A stretch of 64,000 bases of DNA from Octopus sinensis (Eukaryota), in NCBI RefSeq assembly GCF_006345805.1, contig NW_021833444.1, positions 8,271 to 72,270 on the forward strand, in the 5' to 3' direction. Under the pieces are notes generated by a model. It worked only from the letters and a program-made list of their open reading frames with translations. It did not search any database and had not been told where the DNA came from. The stretch's first letter is position 1. Each line of letters opens with the position of its first letter. Positions 1 to 13,542 of this stretch are shown piece by piece. A program made the translations under genes and the position numbers.

Positions 1-383
1 TAATATTTTTGGTAGAAATGACTAATTGTCCCTCTTAGCGTGTGGCATGTATGTATAATGCCTTCTGGCATGTATGTATAATGCCCTCTAAATATAAATT
101 AATATGTTCAATAACAAATAATTATTTTCGAAATTTTTTCTCTTATGAGGTTTTCACGCTATCTACCTGACAATTTCTTGTTAAGTTTTCCTTATTAAGT
201 AGGTGTCCTTAATTGCTAAATTTTTATTCCGAAAAAACTTTTCCTCTCCCGAAATGCAATTCGTAAAAGTTTGCCATTTATCCGGATGTAATATATGTAA
301 ACTCACCATGTGCTTCGTTGATGTTGATCAGTTAGCCGATCGGCTTAAGCGGGGCAGGGTCGTTGTTTATTTATAATACATTC

Positions 384-431
384 AGGCCTGCTGATGAATA
401 CGTAAGTATGAAATCACTGTGATACAGGTCT
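384..431 (+). ncRNA. Minimal type-I hammerhead ribozyme motif
   Basis: aggcctg CTGATGA atac-gtaa-gtat GAAA tcac-t-gtga TA caggtct: 7-bp stem I, intact core, 4-bp stem II, palindromic stem III; predicted cleavage after A424. Confidence 0.8.
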
Positions 432-568
432 ATATTTTTTTAAATGTCTTACTTTGAAAAATTGCATTCGGTGGGATTAGTAATATTTTTGGTAGAAATG
501 ACTAATTGTCCCTCTTAGCGTGTGGCATGTATGTACAATGCCTTCTGGCATGTATGTATAATGCCCTC

Positions 569-647
<79 letters not shown>

Positions 648-1327
648 TGTATGTATATATATATACATATATACACATATACATGTAAATTTAAATTTAA
701 AATAATAAGGGTGAAAAATTGAATATTAATTTGATTAATATCATTTTAAAACCAGTGGTGTAGCCTATTGAAACGTCTGAAGTTTCAGAAAAAAATTATA
801 TTACATACATATAAGAGGGATTAGGTGTAAGTGGACATCCATTATGCTAGAAAAAAATCTCTATGGTCTTACCATTCCTTTGTTAGTGGTAAGACCATAG
901 CGGATCTTCTTCTAGCGTAATGGATGTCCACTTACAGTTCATCTCACTTATATAATAGTTTCACTTTAATAGTTTCAGTATTAAAGTGAAACCGTCTGAC
1001 ATTACAATACAGAGATGTTTTTGTTTCATTTTTGACACGTAATACTGAAAAAGTGGAGAAAATATGATATTGCTCTGGGCTCGCCATAGTCAAGAAGTTA
1101 ACATTTTTTGCCCATGACATTACATGAACCTTAAATAAAGCATGTGTAAAATTTGAATGAAATTGGTTGTGTAGTTCTCAGGTTTCAAGGGTTCACACTG
1201 ACACACAGACACACAGACAGACACATATTCTCAGTTTTATATATCTATATATCTATATCTATATATATATATTACGTTGTAACTGTATATAGATAGATAG
1301 ACAGAAACATGCAAACGCACGCATATG

Positions 1328-1382
<55 letters not shown>

Positions 1383-1895
1383 ATAGGGAAAATTTACAAA
1401 AAGACAAAAGACGAAGACAGGTGGTGTAGACAACAAACAGACGTATAAGTATAACTCTCGGGAAGTGAAAATGTCTTTAACGTTTCGAGCCTAAGCACTT
1501 ACACACACACACACAGACACACACACACACACACACACACACAAATATATATATATGGAAAAGGTTGGAAGATGCAACGAAAATTTCAGGAACTGATAAA
1601 TAAATGAGTGGAAATCGAACCGGTGAGTGTGTTAGATAATAAGGCACTAAATGAGAATGACTATCACCAGACACTTTAATATACATTTTTTTATTCATTA
1701 CATTAAACAATCTTTTGTATATCAATAGCTTTAAATAAACAGAAGAGTTCTTATATATCACCAATATAATTGTAATTTATAGTTTTATACACGTTCTATT
1801 ACAGTTTCTCGATTAAGTGAGACCCTGATACTTAATTTAAATATATACGTACATACATACATACATACATACATACATACATGCATACATACATG

Positions 1896-1929
<34 letters not shown>

Positions 1930-1942
1930 TTATATATATATT

Positions 1943-3512
1943 CAAGTGAATTGAATGTTGTGTGGATGTCGGTGTGAGTGTGTTCGCGTGTGTGTGTGTA
2001 TTCATGAAAATAAATCCATTAATATGAGGTAACTCCATAATAGGATGTCATTCGTAGAAACATAGATATATAGATTTGAGAATCAAAGGAAATCAATTTA
2101 TTCATACTCCATAAACTATAAAACTGATATGAGCGATAGCTTATACAATTTCTGTTGTCATTGTTATTTATTAATTTGCTTGACCTCAATATCCTATTCT
2201 GGTGAATAACTTTAACAATAATGCAATTCTCAGAATTCGAAGTGTAAGGTATACGACGGGTTAAAGGGACCCCTTTTGTGTTTTATTTGTTAGAAAATCT
2301 TGAGTCATCGGCTTGTTCGTACCATACATATATGTACTTTCATACAGGGGTTGCTGTGTCGTACGTATCTTCCTTACTAACCACATGGTTTCAGGTCCAG
2401 CCCCACTGCGTTACACCTTGGGCAAGTGTCTTCTAAAATAGCTTCGGGCCGACCAAAGCCTTGTGAGTGGATTTGGCAGTCGGAAACTGAAGGAAGCCCG
2501 TCGTATATATATATATATATTTGGTTGTTGTTAAAACAGTAAAAGATTGTCTTTGACGCAAAGTTGTTTGAACTAATATTATTTGAGATATATAGAAATA
2601 TGTTTCGACAGTTGTAGATTCTACTTAATTAATTTGCTCGTTATAATTTTGTTGCATTTGAATTGTAATTTGCTATGTAGTTGAAACATTAACGCTCACG
2701 CTCACAATACATAGGCATTTGAATTTATTTTTTTCAATCTAGCCGCCCTTTCACATGGAATTTCGTCTATCTTTAAACCTTTAGCTCCGATGAGGCTTAT
2801 ATATGAATTGAATTGTTTGTATATAAAAAAAATGTATATTGGTCGAAACAAATTATTTTTTGTTTTTTTTATGATTTTAATGTCATGTTATTTTATATTC
2901 ATAGTATATTATGTTATATTATAATGTTAGATTACCAGTTGTACCTCTCTAGTTAATTTATTGATTGTAAAATACTTAATACACATATCTATGTGGAATT
3001 CAACTGACGTACAAGTGAATTGAATGTTGTGTGGGTGTCGGTGTGAGTGGGTTCGCCTTGTGTGTGTATTCATGAAAATAAACCATTAATACTGGGTATC
3101 TCCATAATAGGATGTCATTCGTAGAAACATAGATATATAGATTTGAGAATCAAAGGAAATCTATTTATTCATGCTCCATAAACTATAAACCTCATATGAC
3201 CGATAGCTTATACAATTTCAGTTTGGTGTGTGGTTTTTTTTGCTAACGTCATTGTTATTTATTAATTTGCTTGACCACAATATCCTATTCTGGTGAATAA
3301 CTTTAACAATAATGCAATTCTCAGAATTCGAAGTGTAAGGTATACGACGGGTTAAAGTGACCCCTTTTGTGTTTTTTTTGTTAGAAAAACTTGAGTCATC
3401 GGCTTGTTCGTACCATACATATATGTACTTTCATACAGGGGTTGCTGTGTCGTACGTATCTTCCTTCCTAACTACATGGTTCCGGGTTCAGCCCCACTGC
3501 GTTACACCTTGG
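1943..3512 (+). repeat. Local direct duplication (1943-2421 / 3012-3512)
   Basis: caagtgaattgaatgttgtgtgg... through a SINE head is repeated with about 1070-bp offset. Confidence 0.85.
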
Positions 3513-3825
3513 ATAAGTACTAGGCTTACAAAGAATAAGTTCTAGGGTCGATTTATCCGACGAAAGGCGGTGCTCCAGTAAGGCCACAGTCAAGTGACTG
3601 AAACAGGAAAGAGAATAAAAGAATATGTATATGAAATAAAACTTTTCTGGAAAAGTGAATCTCGTAGAAAGTTTTTCAATCCAATATATAAATAGCATTA
3701 TTTATAGCTCTACGTTATTCGAGATCCACTTCTTCAAAAACGTAATTCTTCCGCACCCACATAGATTGTATATCTGATTTGGACCACCAAGAGCTGCAGT
3801 TAAATTCTGATCTTTATTTATCTAA

Positions 3826-3959
<134 letters not shown>

Positions 3960-4939
3960 TCTTTATTAGCCACGCAAGGCCGAACACAGATGGGACAATA
4001 CAATGTAGAACTTTTCTTTTCTAAAGAAGGAAAGAAAAGAAGAAAGAAAGAAAGGAAGGAAGAATAAACGAATGAATGAATGGAAGAAAAGGAGAAAGAA
4101 AGAAAGGAAGGAAGGAATGAAGAAGGACAGAAAGACGGAAACAAAAATGAAAGAAAGAAAGAAAGAAAGAAAGCAAAAAGAAAGAAAAAAGAAAGAAAAT
4201 CAATCAAAAGGGATCGAAAGCGTTTTGAACGTGTAAAAAGCAAAATAAGGCGGGGTAAAAATGTAAGACAGATTAGGTTTATCCGTGGAAAGAAAAGCCT
4301 TCGGTAACCTCAATCAGGGAAAGTAACACATGAGAACATAGCTCTCTCTCTCTCTCTTTAGGATTTATAGGATCATGATTAAGTGGTTTCGTCATTCCCG
4401 CGTACCATCTTTGCTACATTCACCCACCTTTTTTGAGACAAAAGTTCCCTCTCTATTCTCATCTTCCTTTTCAAGTGGTACTTGAAAAAGTTGATGAGCG
4501 ATAGGCCAGAGAGGAAAGTGTTTGACTCTAAACCTTTTGCACGTGAGCCTGGCTAGGCTTTAAAAGGGCGCATTTCTTATTTATTTTCTGGGAGTTCTAG
4601 AACGATCGACAGTTAGTTCTCTCTTCTTTCTCCAACCCCTGGTACTTATTCGCCTTCTTTCATAGTTTTTCATGCCTTTTAGTTCGGAGGAAAAAAAAAC
4701 AAAGTCTTTTTTAATATTTTTTCAGGCACGTTTAACGTTTCCTCTACAAACTACAAACAAGCTCACCCGCTACCTTCCTTTTTTTTCTTTCTCATACAAA
4801 AACTAATGTTTAATACACTTGCTTTCTCTGTCTCTCCCTGTCCGATGTATGTATGTATGTATGTATATATCTACCTACCTATTTATCTATCTTTACAAAC
4901 ACGCATGTAAACACACAAATACACACAAATACACAAAGA

Positions 4940-4975
<36 letters not shown>

Positions 4976-6379
4976 TGTTGCAGGAGAATGCTATCGTTTA
5001 TTTTTCCTTTGCAATGCTTAACTGTATTTATGTATAAATGTGCTACTGTGCGTTCCTATGTTGTCTGCTTAGCCACATACGAGAAAATATCCGAAATCCC
5101 TTTACAGGACCTTAAAGACTTGTGACAAGTATGGAAGACGATATCCTCAAATCACGAACTCGTTAAAGCCCGTAGGACCGACCGGCCGTCCAAATCAGGC
5201 AATTTAACTGAGTGCTTGCTACAAATTGAACATTTTCGCACGATGACAAGATTAGTATACAGGTAGAGTGAAAATGGAGAGTGGAGGAATGGTTAGCACA
5301 CTGGGAAAAATGCTTCGCAGCATTTCGTCTGTTTTTACATTCTATGTTCAAATCCATTCGAGGTCGACTACTTTTTGGGGTTGATGAAATAAGAAGCAGT
5401 TGAGCACTGGGTTTAAAGTAATCGAAAAGAGTAGAGTAAAGGGCGATACAATACAATAAAAACGATGTTACATAAAATTGTGTAAACAATAAAATATCAA
5501 ATACAGAGAAACAAAATATTTAAATTTTTTATAATTCCTCAAACGCAAGTAGAACTCGGAGAGCTACATGTGGAAATACCATAAAACTGTAATCATTCTA
5601 ACCAATGGGGCAACCCCACCTCCCTATCTACCTTTTTCAGTTACAGGCATCCTCAAAGCAAGCTTGTTTAATGGACCATCAGTACAAACTCCTTAGCCAA
5701 CACCAATTCCAACTTTTTGAGAGCAGCCTTTAGCAGAGTTTGGGCCGAAGATTGGCCCACCTCATTTACGTCCTTTCTCGGCAGTTCAACCGCTCTTCAT
5801 CTCACCAAACTGAGGTGTTTTCGTTTTTGCTGTCAGTTGGTCTGGACATCTATCAAGAGGTCGGCGACAAAATTTGGTGTATAAAATTAAAGCCCGTAGG
5901 ACCAAACGTCCAAATCAGGCAATTTAACCCCCCATCTGCGTACTTCCAGCCATTGCTTCCCATATTTTATCAGCTATTATTACCTTTACGCAACACTCTG
6001 CCTTCCCCCTCCATGAAGTGCGGCAGGTTGTCGAAGGGAACAGTGTAATCTATTCTGTAATCCGGTCCGTTATGTGTCCCCAAAATCGAGCTGAAAAACC
6101 GTACACATCTACTTGAGATCGTATAACATGTATTTGACATGAAGTACCAAAAATCGAATTGTGTCTTTGTGGCCACGTTGCGTGTCCGTTACTCGACCCC
6201 ATTGAACAGCTTCCTTTCATTTGTGCCCCAGAGCACATCCCTTAGCCGTGACGATGCAGCCTCCGTGCTTCACGTTAAAGAATTGGTCAAGGGCATCTCA
6301 TTAGAAGCACACCATTTCTAAGTTTCTTATCAGATTCACTCTGCTCTATTTTTTCTATATATTGTTACACGTCACCAAT

Positions 6380-6953
6380 TGTTGTAGTATCGTCGCTATT
6401 GATATATGATAGTTGTTTACACGATAACCGCGTAGTAACAATAAAATATATAACGAAGCTGGGTAACAACAACGTAACGATCCAAGAAACTCTCCATGAA
6501 CTATACACGAAACAACAACCGATACCTTACGACTTGATTAACCAAACGATACCTTTTAATGGAAGCACTCCGTCGGTTACGACGATGAGGGTTCCGGTTG
6601 ATCCGATCAACGGAACAAGAGTGACAAGGCCGGCCCTTTGAAATACAGGTACAACAGAAACAGGAGGAAAAGAGTGAGAGAAAGTTGTGGTGAAAGAGTA
6701 CAGCAGGGATCGCCTCGTGGAGCTTTTAGGTGTTTTCGCTCAATAAACACTCACAACGCCCGGTCTGGGAATCGAAACCGCGATCCTATAACCGCGAGTC
6801 CGCTGCCCTAACCACTGGGCCATTGCGCCTCCATAAACGATAGCTTACGACTTGATTAACGCCCACTCTCTGTCTCTCACTCAGACCGCTGCTATTTATA
6901 GTCATTCAGTCAAGTCTATTCTCGCAGGGAGTGTCGTGACTCTCGCCACAACA
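6380..6953 (-). mobile_element. 3' LTR of a Ty3/Gypsy element, interrupted by a SINE
   Basis: TGTTG...CAACA inverted termini, TATAAATAG near 6901-6893, directly downstream of the minus-strand pol fragment. Confidence 0.55.
6575..6832 (-). mobile_element. tRNA(Arg)-like SINE nested in the Gypsy LTR
   Basis: GGAGGCGCAATGGCCCAGTGGTTAGGGCAGCGGACTCGCGG...GGTTTCGATTCCC head with A and B boxes; shares its tail with 52655-52968. Confidence 0.8.
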
Positions 6954-7009
6954 TCTCTCGTTATGAGATTTCGACTTTCATAGGTAACGAAATTTATTTT
7001 ACTATTTTT

Positions 7010-7040
<31 letters not shown>

Positions 7041-7094
7041 CTCTCTCTCTCTTTCTTTCCTTCTTTCTTTCTTCCTTCCTTTCTTTTTTTTTAC

Positions 7095-7135
<41 letters not shown>

Positions 7136-7329
7136 AATTATTGTATACAGTGTTCAGGTGCCCCACAACTTGTCAGAAAGTGCATATAAAGCATATGCAG
7201 TAATGTAAAAATGTCTGGAAAGCGAACAATGCATGAGTCAGATACATGCTTGTGTGTGTATGGAGGGGAGAAAATCAGGTGTAGTGTTGGCGAATCTCAG
7301 AAAGCATGGAAGTTTTGAAGGATGCAGTG

Positions 7330-8660
7330 CTCTCCCTTCTTTGAAATTTTGCTTCCCTAAGTTCAGTGCCTTTTCGCTTGGGAATTATTTATGAATGTTG
7401 AGTCTGTTTACGCTTTCTGTTTCTGCTCCTTTTAGGCCCAATTTATTTTGATGCTGGCACATTGGACATATGATAAAACACTTCCACTGGAATTTCCTTC
7501 ACTTCTTCTGCATGTCTGATTTTTAATTGATTTAGGTGTCGTTTACCTTTTATTAAATACACCATGTTTCCATTCTTTTAGTCTTGCCATCCTGCCAACT
7601 TTCTTTACCATTCTTGTATACTTTGAAAGGGGCTTACACTATGAAATTCCTGTAATATCTGTTTCTGTAGTGCGGGTGGTACTACCACTTTTCGTGCGTA
7701 AATTAATACATTGTCGAAGAATGAAAAATGGTTCGCATTCGTGTTTCCCTTTTGTTTAGTTTTCAAGGTTTCTTTCATTTTTAAGACGTATTTGCCCTCT
7801 GCTGTTTTACTTTTCATATCTTGTACAGTCACTGGCAACTCCTGAATGACATTACGCATAACGTTTTTAACTTCCTATTCTGATTTAATGCGGCTATCAC
7901 CATATCTTCTAGCGGTTCCGCATTCTCCGGAATTCGCCCAGATAAACAATCCGCATGGCTAATTTTTTTAGAAGGAATGTATTCCATCTTAAAGTTGTAA
8001 TTTAACAATATTGTACCCCTACATATTAATCTGTTAGCTGTATGAGTAGCAATACCTGTCTTCGATCCGAAAATTGATAGTAAGGATCGGTGGTCCGTCT
8101 AGAGCCGAAAACGTCTACCGTGGAGAAGTCTACGAAATTTCTTCACGGCAAAAATGATCGCTAGAGTTTTATTCTCTTTCTGACTGTAGTTTTTTTTCTG
8201 CTGCAATCAGAGCACGTGAGGCAAGAACTACCACCTTCATATTACCGACTTTATACTTGCGTAAAAAAACTGATCCTACACCGTATTCAGAAGCGGCAGA
8301 AGCTACAACAAACGCCGCTGCAGGATCGAAATGAGCCAGCAACAAAATATCCTGAAACGCCATTTGACACTTATTTGACCAATTCCATTTGACGTCTTTC
8401 TTTAGAAAATTATAAAGTGGAGCACTCAATTCAAACATGTTTGGTATGTAATTTGGTAGGCCAAGAAAAGCTTGTAATGTCCCTATGTTAGTTGGAGGAA
8501 GCTTATTTTTTAATTGCGTCTGCCTTCGACGGGTCAGGTCGTCCTCCATTTTTATCTATAATTTGTCCTGAATTGCAAATTGACAGTCCACCAACATCGC
8601 ATCCAGAACCTGCTGAAATATTGCAGGTGCAACTTTCAGACCAAATGGCAACCACCGAAT
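7330..8660 (-). mobile_element. Decayed Ty3/Gypsy pol fragment (RT, RNase H, integrase zinc-binding region)
   Basis: RWLPFGLKVAPAIFQQVLDAML (RT), LQAFLGLPNY, LLAHFDP...ASAASEYGVGSV...ASRAL..AEK (RNase H), VVVPPALQKQILQEFH (IN). RT-RH-IN order; frameshifts and stops. Confidence 0.9.
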
Positions 8661-11600
8661 AAAATCACCACAGCCACAACCGCCACCGCCAACAACGCCA
8701 CCGCCACCACCACATCCCTCAACACCACCATAGCCAGCGCCATCACCTCCGCAACCACCATTATAGCCACCGACCACACCTCCACAATCACCATAGCCAC
8801 ATTCACCACCGCCACCCTCACCACAGCCATTACCACCACCGCCGACAACGCCACCACCCCAACCACATCCACCACATCCACCACCACCACAATAGCCACC
8901 GTCAACACCACCACCATCACCACAGCAACCACGGCCACCGCCAACAACGCCACCGCGACCACCACATCCACCACCACCGCCATAGCCAACGCCCACACCT
9001 CCACCACCACCATAGCCACCGTCACCACCTCCACCATCACCACAGCCACCACCGCCACCGCCAAAAACGCCACCACAACATCCACCACAACAACAATAAC
9101 TACCACCCCAACCTCCACCACCATCTTGGCCACCGTCACCACCGCCACTATCACCACAGCCACCACCACCACCGCCAACAACGCCACCGCCATCGACACC
9201 TCCACCACCACAACCATAGCCACCGCGCCCACCTCCACCACCACCATAGCCACCGTTACCACCACCACCATCACCGCAGCCACCACCGCCACCGCCAACA
9301 ACGCCACCACCACCACCACATCCACCACCACAACCATAACCAACGCCCCAACCTCCACCACCATCTTGGCAACCGTCATCACCGCCATTATCACCACAGC
9401 CACCACCGCTACCGCCAACAACGCCACCGCCATCAACACCTCCACCGGCACAACCATAGCCAACGCCCCCACCTCCTAAAACCACCATAGCAACAGTTAC
9501 CACCGCCACCAACACCACAGCCACCACCGCCACAGCCAACAACGCCACCGCCAGCACCACCTCCACTTCACTACCATAACCACCGCCCCCAACTCCACCA
9601 TCACCACAGCCTCCACCGCCACCACCACATCACTCACCACCACCATAGCCACCGCCAACACCTCCACAAACCACAACTATAGCTAGCGACCCACCTCCAC
9701 CACCACCATATGCCACATTCACCACGCCACCTCACCACAGCCATTACCGCCACCGCCAACCAACGCCACCGCCACCACCCCAATCACATCCACACAATCC
9801 ACCACCACTACCACCATAGCCACCGTCACCACCGCCACCATCACCACAGCCACCACCGCCACCGCCAAGAACGCCACCGCACCACCACATCCATCACCAC
9901 CCCCATAGCCACCACCACCCTATCCACCGTCATCAACGCCACCATCACCACAGCCAGCCACTACCCGCCGCCACCGCCAACAACGCCAACGCCACCACCA
10001 CCTCCACCATACCCTCCGTCACCACCAACCACCGCCACTATCACCACCACACCACCGCCACCGCACAACGCAACCGCCACCACCACATCCAAGACCGCAC
10101 CACCAACAACACCGCCCCAACATCCACCACCAGCTATCCACCGTCACCACCGCCACTATCACCACAGCCACCACCGCCACCGCCAACAACGCCACCGCTA
10201 CCACCATCTCCACCATAGCCTCCGTCACCACCGCCACGATCACCACAGCCACCACCGCCACCGCCAACAACGCCACCGCCACCACCACATCCAAGACCAC
10301 CACCATAGCCACCGCCCCAACCTCCACCACCACCATAGCCACCGTCACCACCGCCACCATCACCACAGCCACCACCGCCACCGCCAACAACGCCACCGCC
10401 ACCACCAAATCCAACACCACCACCATAGCCACCGGCCCCACCTCCACCACCACCATAGCCACCGTCACCACCGCCACCATCACCACAGCCACCACCGCCA
10501 CCGCCAACAACGCCACCGCCACCACCACATCCACCACCACCACCATAGCCACCGTCACCACCGCCACCTTCACCATAGTCACCGTCACCACCGCCACCAT
10601 CACAAAAGCCACCACCGCCACCATCACCACAGCCACCACCGCCACCGCCACACGCGACGACCGCCCCCTCCAACATCCACCACCACCACCATCAGCCACC
10701 GCCTCCACCTCCACCACCACCATAGCCACCGTCCAACACACCCACCACCGCCACCATCACCACAACCCACAAACGCCACCGCCAACACGCGACCTTTACC
10801 ATATGCCACCGTCACCACCACCACCATCACCATAGCCACCACCGCCACCACCAACAACGCCACCCCGCCCCACCACCTCCACCCCCACCACCATAATGCC
10901 ACACCACCGCCTTCCACCTCCACCACCACCATAGCCACCGTCACCATCGCCACCATCACCATAGTCACCACCATCACCGCCAACAACGCCACCGCCACCA
11001 CCACACCCACCACCACCACCACACCCACCACCACCACCATACCCACCGCCTCCATCGCCACCACCACCATAGCCACCGTCACCACCACCACCTTCATCAT
11101 AGCCACCGTCACCACCGCCACTATCACCACAGCCACCAACGCCACCGCCAACAACGCCACCGCCACCACCACCTCCACCACCACCACCATAGCAACCGCC
11201 CCCACCTACACCACCACCATAGCCACCCTCACTACCGCCACCTTCACCATCGCCACCGTCACCACCGCCACCATCACCACAGCCTCCACCACCACCGCCA
11301 ACAACTCCACCGCCACCACCACACCCACCACCACCACCATAGCCACCGTCCCCAACTCCACCGCCACCACCACACCCACCACCACCACCATAGCCACCGC
11401 CAACAACTCCACCGCCACCACCACACCCACCACCACCACGATAGCCACCGCCCCCACCTCCACCACCACCATAGCCACGTCACCACCACCACCATCACCA
11501 CAGCAACAACCGCCACCACCAACACGCCACCGCCACCACCACATCCACCACCACCATCGCCACTGCCCCCACCTCCACTACCACCATAACCACCTTCACC

Positions 11601-12350
11601 ATCGCCACCATCACCACAGCCACCACCGCCACCGCCAACAACGCCACCTCCACCACCACATCTACCACCACCACCATAGACACCACCCCCACCTCCACTA
11701 CCACCACAGCCACCACCGCCACCGCCAACAACTCCACCGCCACCACCACATCCACCACCATACCATAGCCTCCGCCCCCACCTCCACCACCACCATAGCC
11801 ACCGTCACCACCGCCATCATCACTACAGCCACCACCGCCACCGCCAACAACGCCACCGCCACCACCACATCCACCAACACCACCAGAGCAACCGCCCCAC
11901 CTCCACCACCACCATAGCCACCGTCACCACCGCCATCATCACCACAGCAACTACCGCCACTGCCAACAACGCCACCGCCGCCACCACATCCCTCACCACC
12001 ACCATAGCCACCGCCCCCACCTCCACCACCACCATAGCCACCATCACCACAGCCACCACCGCCACCGCCAACAACGCCATCGCCACCACCACCACATCCA
12101 CCACCACCACCATAGCCACCGCCCCCACCTCCACCACCACCATAGCCACCATCACCACCGCCACCATCACCACAGCCTCCACCGCCACCGCCAACAACGC
12201 CACCTCCACCACCACATCCACCACCACCACCATAGCCACCACCTCCAACCCCACCACCACCATAGCCACCGTCACCACCGCCACCATCATCACACCGCCA
12301 ACAACGCCACCGCCGCCACCACATCCACCACCATAGCCACCTCCATAACC
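8660..12350. repeat. (ACC)-derived minisatellite, about 3.7 kb, with a 120-bp higher-order unit
   Basis: caccacagcc...atagcc...aacaacgcc unit recurs at 10241, 10361 and 10481; produces overlapping Thr-, His-, Gly- and Val-rich ORFs. Confidence 0.9.
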
Positions 12351-13536
12351 ATCACCTCCCTTCCCTTCTCTTTAGGAAGGAGCGCAGAAGGGGAGTTGCC
12401 AGACAGGTGCAGGTTTGAGCAATGGTCGCCAACTCCGCCTTCCCCTCCCGATGATTTGGAAGAACCCAGACGACAGCCTCACTCTGAAATACTTGTACGG
12501 ACAACTCTGCCACCACTACCACCGCCGTCTACTTCTTTATTTCTCTCTCTCTTTCTACCTCTCTCTATCCATCTCCCTCTCTTTCTCTCTCTCTCCTTAG
12601 ATTCCATTTTGCCCCAAGATGCCGTCCATATTGGCCAACGACTTGTTTCCATAAACCGAGAGTAATCAAGAAACATCAAAGCATTTACAACCAGATATCA
12701 GCTCCGAGTTCACTTTCTGACGGAGACAGATACAGAACAGATCACATAAAATCCCCAACACATCACACCCCACTTCTCTCTCTATCACTCTTCTCTTCTC
12801 TATCACTTTTTCTTCATCTCCCTCTCTTTTGTCTCTCTCTCCCTTTCTGTCGTTCTCTCTCTTTCACTTATGTATGCTTGCTTGTATGTATGTATGTATG
12901 TATGCATGCATGTATGTATGTATGTATGTTTGCATCCACCACCACCATAGCATCATCACCACCGCCACCATCATCGCAGCCACCACCACCACCGCCACCA
13001 CCACATTCACCACTACCACCACTATAGCCACCGCCCCCACCACCACCACCACCACCGTTTTTAATTTTCTTACGCTAGACAGTAACACTGCTAAGAGTTA
13101 CTTCCCTGGGATTTAACAAGAGTAGTCTCCCTTGTCAAAATTACTAGATTCTTTCAAGATACACATTTTCTTACGTTTCACACACTCAGTATGTTTCTTA
13201 AAGTTCTTCGCATTAATCAGTTTTTTTTTTCCATATATTTTACCTGTCTTTGTCATTAGACTAAGACCATGCTGAAGCACTACATTAAAGGGTTTAATAA
13301 AAAAAAATTGAACTCATATCTGTTTTTTCAGTCTAGAACGTATTCCGCTGGTGTCTTTTCTTGAATGGCTCTCATATTGGGATGCAAACAAACTAGCATT
13401 TTGGTCACGTGATGGAGGGGGACACAGAAGGACACATCCACATACATGTATGTGTATGTGTATATATCTGTATGTATGTATATATCTGAATTAAAATACA
13501 AGCCATTTAACCACTCCTAAGTATCCCATGTACATT

Positions 13537-13542
13537 TTTATT
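13537..13542 (-). promoter_or_regulatory. Candidate polyadenylation signal of the MIB2-like gene
   Basis: AATAAA on the minus strand about 340 nt past the stop. The hexamer is common in AT-rich DNA, so support is weak. Confidence 0.35.

Noticed and set aside
477-722. IYIYIY-, CVCVCV-, HTHT-, poly-L/I/S/K ORFs here and throughout the track (e.g. 16129-17062, 27946-28742, 35382-39079, 55110-57238)
   Set aside because: Translations of (TA)n, (CA)n, (AAT)n and (AAG)n microsatellites, which lack stops in some frames; no splice or codon support.
5500-6330. Cluster of overlapping 60-100-aa ORFs downstream of the Gypsy LTR
   Set aside because: No recognisable motif, no consistent frame or splice signals; a 40-bp segment is duplicated (5165/5888), suggesting an old repeat.
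6760-6832. tRNA-Arg-like sequence, also tRNA-like heads at 52890-52968 and 48933-48990
   Set aside because: No closing acceptor stem and each continues into a repeated SINE body and tail, so these are SINE heads rather than tRNA genes.
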